From: an uncultured Actinomycetota bacterium
Lineage (GTDB): Bacteria; Actinomycetota; Actinomycetes; JAFAQI01
Assembly: GCA_963770565.1 (NCBI GenBank)
Contig: CAVYQE010000002.1
Span: forward strand, 256,001 to 320,000
Reading direction: 5' to 3'
DNA length: 64,000 bases
The notes beneath the pieces are model-generated. The model searched no databases. It had not been told where the DNA came from and saw only the letters and a list, made by a program, of their open reading frames with translations. Positions 59,396 through 64,000 of the stretch are shown here, piece after piece. Each line of letters starts with the position of its first letter. Positions within the stretch are counted from its first letter, which is position 1. The position numbers and the translations under genes are program-made.

Positions 59396-61504
59396 CTAGG
59401 TCGGGGCGGTCGTCGAGGAGCTTGCCGCGGTCAGGTCGTAGACGGTTGTCCCGCCGATCGTGGTTGCGGTGTAGTGCGACTCGACCCAGGCGGTGATCTG
59501 GCTCGCGTCGTCGCTGCCACCCTGGGTGGATCCACCCGGGCCGCCGAAGCCACCTCCGGCAATGAAGTAGTGGATGTCGCCGGCGCGCACGAACGCCTCG
59601 AACTGCGCAAGCGACGGCGCCTGGTCGGTGCCGTTGAACCCGCCGATGGCCATCACCGGCTCGTCCACTGCGAGTTGATAACCCGACGCGTTCTCGGCAC
59701 CGATCGTTGCGGCAACCCAGCGGTACGACGACGCGTCCGCCTTCAGCGCCGTGGCCAACGCGGAGCTCACGCTGCCGGCATTCAGCAACCCGCCGCCGCC
59801 CTGTCGGCCGCCGACACCTCCCGCGCCGGGCTGACCGAAGGGCGTTCCACCCTGACCTTGCGCGCCGAAGCCGGGCACACCCAAACCTTGGCCGGTGAAG
59901 CCCCGGCCGCCGAGACCCTGGCCACCAGGTCCGTTGGTGCCGCCGGGCAGCCCGCCTCGCCCACCCTGACCGGGCGTCCCGAACACGGTCGTCACGGCCG
60001 GGCCGGCGGACGGGATCGCCCCGGTGTGACTGGTCGCCGCGGTGTCGAGGGAGTAGGCAACCGGGCCGGCCAGCGCGACCACCAGCGCACCTGTCGCGAT
60101 CAATCGGCCGGCACCGAATCGACGTACCCGATCGAGTGGCAGGAGCACGGCGACGGCGGTGAGCAGGCCGACCACCAGGATCGCGCTGCGAAGCCACGGA
60201 TGCCACGCCGGGCTGCGGGCGAGCAGATGGTGTGACCACACAGCGGACACCGCCACCGTCACCGCGATCACTTCGCGCGACCACCATCCGTCGCGCGCCT
60301 GCCACAGGCTCACGGCGCCGATTCCGACGAGTGCGCCGATGGCCGGCGCCAGTGCGACCGTGTAGTAGGGGTGGATGATGCCCTTGCCGAAGGAGAAGAC
60401 CAGCCCGGTCACCAGCAGCCAGCTCACCCACAGCAATACCTGACCGCGCCGGCCCGATGCCTCCGGCGTCCGGCGCAATGCCCACCAGGTCCCGGCCGCC
60501 AGCAACAGCGCAGCGGGAATCAGCCAAGAAACCTGGCCGCCCATATCGGCGCCGAACAGCCGGGTGATGCCGGTCGCCCCCCACATGCCCGTGCCGCCGC
60601 CACCACCACCGCCGCCGACACTGCCGGTCTCGTTACCGGTGAGCCGGCCGAGCCCGTTGTAGCCGAAAGCCAGCTGCAGGATCGAGTTGTCGGTCGAGCC
60701 GCCGATGTACGGCCGGCTCGACGCCGGTGTCAGCATCACCGCTGCCACCCACCAGCCGGCCGCGACGACGACCGCGGCACCTGCGGCGAGGAGCTGGACG
60801 ATCCGCCGGCGCAGCGTCGTCTTCGCATAGAGGAGGTAGACCAGGCCGAAGCCGGGCACGAGGAAGGCTTGCAGCATCTTGGTGATGAAGCCGAAGCCGA
60901 CCAGCGATCCGGCGAGCAGCAGCCATCGGGTGCTGGCCGACTCGAGCGCCCGGGTCACGGCGTACGCCGCACCGACGAGCAGCAGGACGAGCAACGCGTC
61001 AGGATTGTTGAAGCGGAACATCAGCGTGGCGACCGGGGTGGTCGCCAAGACCAGCCCGGCAATCAGTCCCGCCGTCGCCGAGAAGTGTCGTCGCACGGTG
61101 GCGTAGAGCAGGCCGACCGCGGCAACACCTTCCAGCGCCTGCGGGACCAAGATGCTCCACGCGTTGACGCCGAACAATCGCGCCGACAGATCCATCACCC
61201 ACAGCGACGCCGGCGGCTTGTCGACGGTGATGAAGTTCGACGAGTCGAACGACCCGAAGAAGAACGACTTCCAGCTGGTCGACCCGGCTTGCACGGCGGC
61301 CGAGTAGAAGCTGTTCGCCCAGCCGGACCCGCCGAGGTCCCACTGGTAGAGCAGCGCGGTCGAGGCGAGCAGCGCGATCAGCGCGGGTCGCGCCCAAGCC
61401 GGGTCGTCCGCGCGGCCGCGAAGCAGTCGTCGAGCCCACGCCCGGTCTCCGGAGGAGTCGACGGCGTCCGCCGGGGCAACGTGATCGATGGTGGCGGCGG
61501 TCAT
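59396..61504 (-). CDS. GT39/ArnT-like (PMT-type) integral membrane glycosyltransferase
   Basis: [25 protein letters not shown], a Gly-rich loop and GGFNGTD. Confidence 0.92.
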   Translation of the reverse strand: MTAATIDHVAPADAVDSSGDRAWARRLLRGRADDPAWARPALIALLASTALLYQWDLGGSGWANSFYSAAVQAGSTSWKSFFFGSFDSSNFITVDKPPASLWVMDLSARLFGVNAWSILVPQALEGVAAVGLLYATVRRHFSATAGLIAGLVLATTPVATLMFRFNNPDALLVLLLVGAAYAVTRALESASTRWLLLAGSLVGFGFITKMLQAFLVPGFGLVYLLYAKTTLRRRIVQLLAAGAAVVVAAGWWVAAVMLTPASSRPYIGGSTDNSILQLAFGYNGLGRLTGNETGSVGGGGGGGGTGMWGATGITRLFGADMGGQVSWLIPAALLLAAGTWWALRRTPEASGRRGQVLLWVSWLLVTGLVFSFGKGIIHPYYTVALAPAIGALVGIGAVSLWQARDGWWSREVIAVTVAVSAVWSHHLLARSPAWHPWLRSAILVVGLLTAVAVLLPLDRVRRFGAGRLIATGALVVALAGPVAYSLDTAATSHTGAIPSAGPAVTTVFGTPGQGGRGGLPGGTNGPGGQGLGGRGFTGQGLGVPGFGAQGQGGTPFGQPGAGGVGGRQGGGGLLNAGSVSSALATALKADASSYRWVAATIGAENASGYQLAVDEPVMAIGGFNGTDQAPSLAQFEAFVRAGDIHYFIAGGGFGGPGGSTQGGSDDASQITAWVESHYTATTIGGTTVYDLTAASSSTTAPT

Positions 61505-61597
61505 GTGATCAACGGTCGAGGCTGTTGCTGGGAGAACGCTGGAGCCCGGCTGTCCCCTTGCGCACAAGTCCGCGCGACCCGCGCGGAGGCGGGTGAG

Positions 61598-62035
61598 CTA
61601 GTCGTTGAGCAGCGACTCGAGCACCGGCAACAGCTCGATCAGCCGCCGGACATCGTCGTCCGGCATCTTGGACAACCGCTGAGCGAGCGAGGCAGTGCCG
61701 ACACTGCGCGCCCACTCGAGCTTGTCGGCACCGGCGTCGGTAAGCGCGATGTACGCGGTCCGGCGATCGGCCGGGTCGCCGGTGCGGGCAAGCAGTCCGG
61801 CCTCCTCGAGGCTCGCGACCAGCCGGGTCGCGGTCGGTGCACTCACGCCTTCGCGGTCGGCCATGTCGCCGATCCGCATCGAACCGCCGGTCTCGACCGT
61901 GACCAGCGCCGACCACTGTGACGGCGTGAGACCACCCGGGCTGTTCTGGCGCAGCTGCCGGGCCAGCCGCGCGATCGCGACCCGAAGTCGCGCGGCCGTC
62001 GGCGCGTAGGCGATCGCCTCGGTCTCAATGGTCAT
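61598..62035 (-). CDS. MarR family regulator
   Basis: LTPSQWSAL, SAPTATRLV and DPADRR. Confidence 0.93.
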   Translation of the reverse strand: MTIETEAIAYAPTAARLRVAIARLARQLRQNSPGGLTPSQWSALVTVETGGSMRIGDMADREGVSAPTATRLVASLEEAGLLARTGDPADRRTAYIALTDAGADKLEWARSVGTASLAQRLSKMPDDDVRRLIELLPVLESLLND

Positions 62036-62208
62036 CGAGGGTCATCCGGATCGGCCGGCGGCGGCGATTCGAAGCTCTTCGGCACTTTGCCGAGGTGCCG
62101 GGTCATCGATCGGAAGAGGAAGTAACAGGCCACCGAGAGCCCGACTACGACGAGGAACGCGATGAAGCCGGCGCCGAATGCGCTGTCGCCGCTCGCGAGC
62201 AGCGTCAC
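62032..62208 (-). CDS. Small single-TM protein downstream of mca
   Basis: GFIAFLVV...[12 protein letters not shown]; GTGA overlap with the mca stop and ATGA overlap with marR. Confidence 0.75.
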   Translation of the reverse strand: MTLLASGDSAFGAGFIAFLVVVGLSVACYFLFRSMTRHLGKVPKSFESPPPADPDDPR

Positions 62209-63086
62209 CGTCTGGCCTCGTCCTTGATCCCCGCGAACAGGTCGTCCTCCGGCTTGGTCGTGTCGACCAGCGATCGGGCCAGCTCGTAGTCCTCGGTCGG
62301 CCAGGCCTTCTGCTGGATCTCGAGTGGGCAGGCGAACCAGAACGAGGTTGGATCGACCTGGGTGGCGTGCGCGATCAACGCCTGGTCGCGCACCTCGAAA
62401 TAGTCGCCGCACGGCACCCGGGTGGTGACCCGGTAGCCGAGGTCTGGTCGCTCGGTCCACTCCTCGAGCCGGTCCTTGTACGGCGACTCGAGCCCGGCCT
62501 CGACCATCGCCTCGTGCAGCGCAAGGAAGCGATTGCGGTGGAACGTCATGTGGTAGTAGAGCTTCAGCGGCTGCCAAGGCTCACCGGTGCCGGGATAGCG
62601 GTCGGGGTCGGCAGCCGCTTCGAACGCCTCGACGCTGATCTTGTGACACATGATGTGGTCAGGATGCGGATAGCCGCCGTTCTCGTCGTACGTCGTCATG
62701 ACATGCGGCCGGAAGGTCCGCACCACGCGAACCAGTGGCTCGGCCGCGTCCTCGAGAGTCTCAAGGCCGAAGCAGCCCTCGGGCAACGGCGGCAGCGGGT
62801 CGCCCTCGGGCAGACCCGAGTCGACGAACCCCAGCCAGGTGTGGTGCACCCCGAGGATCTCGATCGCCTTCTGCATCTCGTGATGGCGGATCCCGCTGAG
62901 GTTGGCGTTGACTTCCGGAGTGTCCATCGCCGGGTTGAGGATCGAACCGCGCTCCCCACCGGTGCAGGTCGCCACCAGTACGTCGACGCCCTCGGCGACG
63001 TAACGGGCCATCGTGGCGGCGCCCTTGCTGGCCTCGTCGTCCGGGTGGGCGTGGACGGCAAGCAGACGCAGCGGTGCATCGGTCAC
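62205..63086 (-). CDS. mca: Mycothiol S-conjugate amidase
   Basis: [28 protein letters not shown] and GGYPHPDH. Confidence 0.96.
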   Translation of the reverse strand: MTDAPLRLLAVHAHPDDEASKGAATMARYVAEGVDVLVATCTGGERGSILNPAMDTPEVNANLSGIRHHEMQKAIEILGVHHTWLGFVDSGLPEGDPLPPLPEGCFGLETLEDAAEPLVRVVRTFRPHVMTTYDENGGYPHPDHIMCHKISVEAFEAAADPDRYPGTGEPWQPLKLYYHMTFHRNRFLALHEAMVEAGLESPYKDRLEEWTERPDLGYRVTTRVPCGDYFEVRDQALIAHATQVDPTSFWFACPLEIQQKAWPTEDYELARSLVDTTKPEDDLFAGIKDEARR

Positions 63087-63127
63087 AACGCAATGGTGTC
63101 ACGAGCACCACGGGTAACCTGCTTGAG

Positions 63128-63622
63128 ATGAGCGACGCGAACCAGACGTGGCTGACCCAGGACGCCTATGACCGGCTCGCCGCCGAGCTGGAGCACCTCT
63201 CCGGCCCGGCGCGGACCGAGATCACGGCCCGGATCGCGGCGGCCCGCGCCGAAGGCGACCTGAAGGAGAACGGCGGCTACCACGCCGCCAAGGACGAGCA
63301 GGGCAAGATGGAGGCCCGGATCCGCCAGCTCAACCAGCTGCTGCGGGACGCGAAGGTCGGCACCCCTCCCTCGGCCGACGCCGGGGTCGCCGGTCCAGGC
63401 ATGGTCGTCACCGTGCGCTTTGTCGACGGAGACGACGAGGAGACGTTCCTGATCGGATCGCGCGAGGAAGCCGCGGTCAGCGACATCGCGGTGTATTCCG
63501 CGCAGTCGCCGCTGGGCAAGGAGCTGACCGGGGCGAAGCCGGGCGAGACGGTGACCTACACCGCTCCCAACGGCAACCAGATCGGCGTCCAGCTGCTCGA
63601 GGTCAAGCCGCACTCCCGCTGA
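63128..63622 (+). CDS. greA: Transcription elongation factor GreA
   Basis: WLTQDAY, EGDLKENGGYHAAK and SPLG. Confidence 0.97.
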   Translation: MSDANQTWLTQDAYDRLAAELEHLSGPARTEITARIAAARAEGDLKENGGYHAAKDEQGKMEARIRQLNQLLRDAKVGTPPSADAGVAGPGMVVTVRFVDGDDEETFLIGSREEAAVSDIAVYSAQSPLGKELTGAKPGETVTYTAPNGNQIGVQLLEVKPHSR

Positions 63623-63645
63623 CCTCGCCGCAACGCCGGTTCCCC

Positions 63646-63746
63646 GTTTCAGCACACAACGAGACTGGCCGCCGTCCGCAGAATCGGAACCGCGGTCGCC
63701 AACCGCACAGGTGGCGGGGCGTTGTGGCGGCGTCGTGTGCTGAAAC
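63646..63746. repeat. ~100-bp element with terminal inverted repeats downstream of greA
   Basis: GTTTCAGCACACAACG / CGTCGTGTGCTGAAAC (15/16 match). Confidence 0.7.
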
Positions 63747-63820
63747 CGGCGTACATGAAAGAAGTCTCATTGCCGATACATCATGAGAGCGCGACCGAGC
63801 CCTCAGCCTGAAAGGGCAGG

Positions 63821-64000
63821 ATGCAGCCGACTCATGCGGGAGGTGCAGCGGTGGCTGGCACGTGCGCGCAGCCTGCGCTGGCTCCGGCAACCCGGTGGTC
63901 GGCCCCCGGCCGCGATCCGGCCGCCCTTCCCCGGCTGCTGCCGGTCGATCCGAGCACGCCGGTCTCGCTGGCCGGCCACCTTGCGAGCGTCGGCGCGCCG
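63821..64000 (+). CDS. N-terminus of a CDS running off the window (possibly a NuoF-like oxidoreductase)
   Basis: Open frame from ATG at 63821 with LPRLLP...SLAGHL; the family guess rests on a short motif only. Confidence 0.4.
   Translation, partial: MQPTHAGGAAVAGTCAQPALAPATRWSAPGRDPAALPRLLPVDPSTPVSLAGHLASVGAP

Noticed and set aside
59760-59990. Gly-rich low-complexity tract in the GT39 gene and the poly-Q tail of the ATP-grasp protein
   Set aside because: Both are ordinary features of these families, not DNA-level repeat arrays.

Overview
High-GC actinobacterial chromosome segment. Both mshB and mca are present, so the organism uses mycothiol. It follows two conserved Actinomycetia gene orders, mshB-DUF6113-fdxA-dapC and greA-mca-yyaL...isoprenyl transferase-phoH-fumC-glpX-DUF4245-xseBA-ispH-rmuC-ychF, with accessory blocks inserted between the core genes. 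Main points: (1) An integrase-less element of about 3,025 bp sits inside the yyaL/SPATA20-like gene. It leaves a truncated native 5' end (59183-59346), supplies a recoded replacement 5' end (56158-56321), and carries the same 13-bp tandem repeat near both ends, resembling tyrosine-integrase arm sites. Its cargo is PadR, a membrane protein and an AAA ATPase. (2) Three dispersed copies of an ~80-bp element, each built from three GCAATGT(C/G)ACATTGC-type palindromic units at a 30-31 bp period, plus three other REP/MITE-like inverted repeats. (3) A minimal chemosensory cluster (CheW, two MCPs, hybrid CheA, REC-GAF) with no CheR, CheB or CheY in the window and an internal sigma28/WhiG-like promoter. 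(4) A STAND-type nucleotidyl cyclase divergent from an MFS transporter with a cNMP-binding domain. (5) A cp-ATP-grasp/alpha-E/transglutaminase operon, a divergent FtsH-like protease and a frameshifted isoprenyl transferase. No rRNA, tRNA, CRISPR array, transposase or integrase was recognised. All calls come from reading motifs by eye; no database searches were run.
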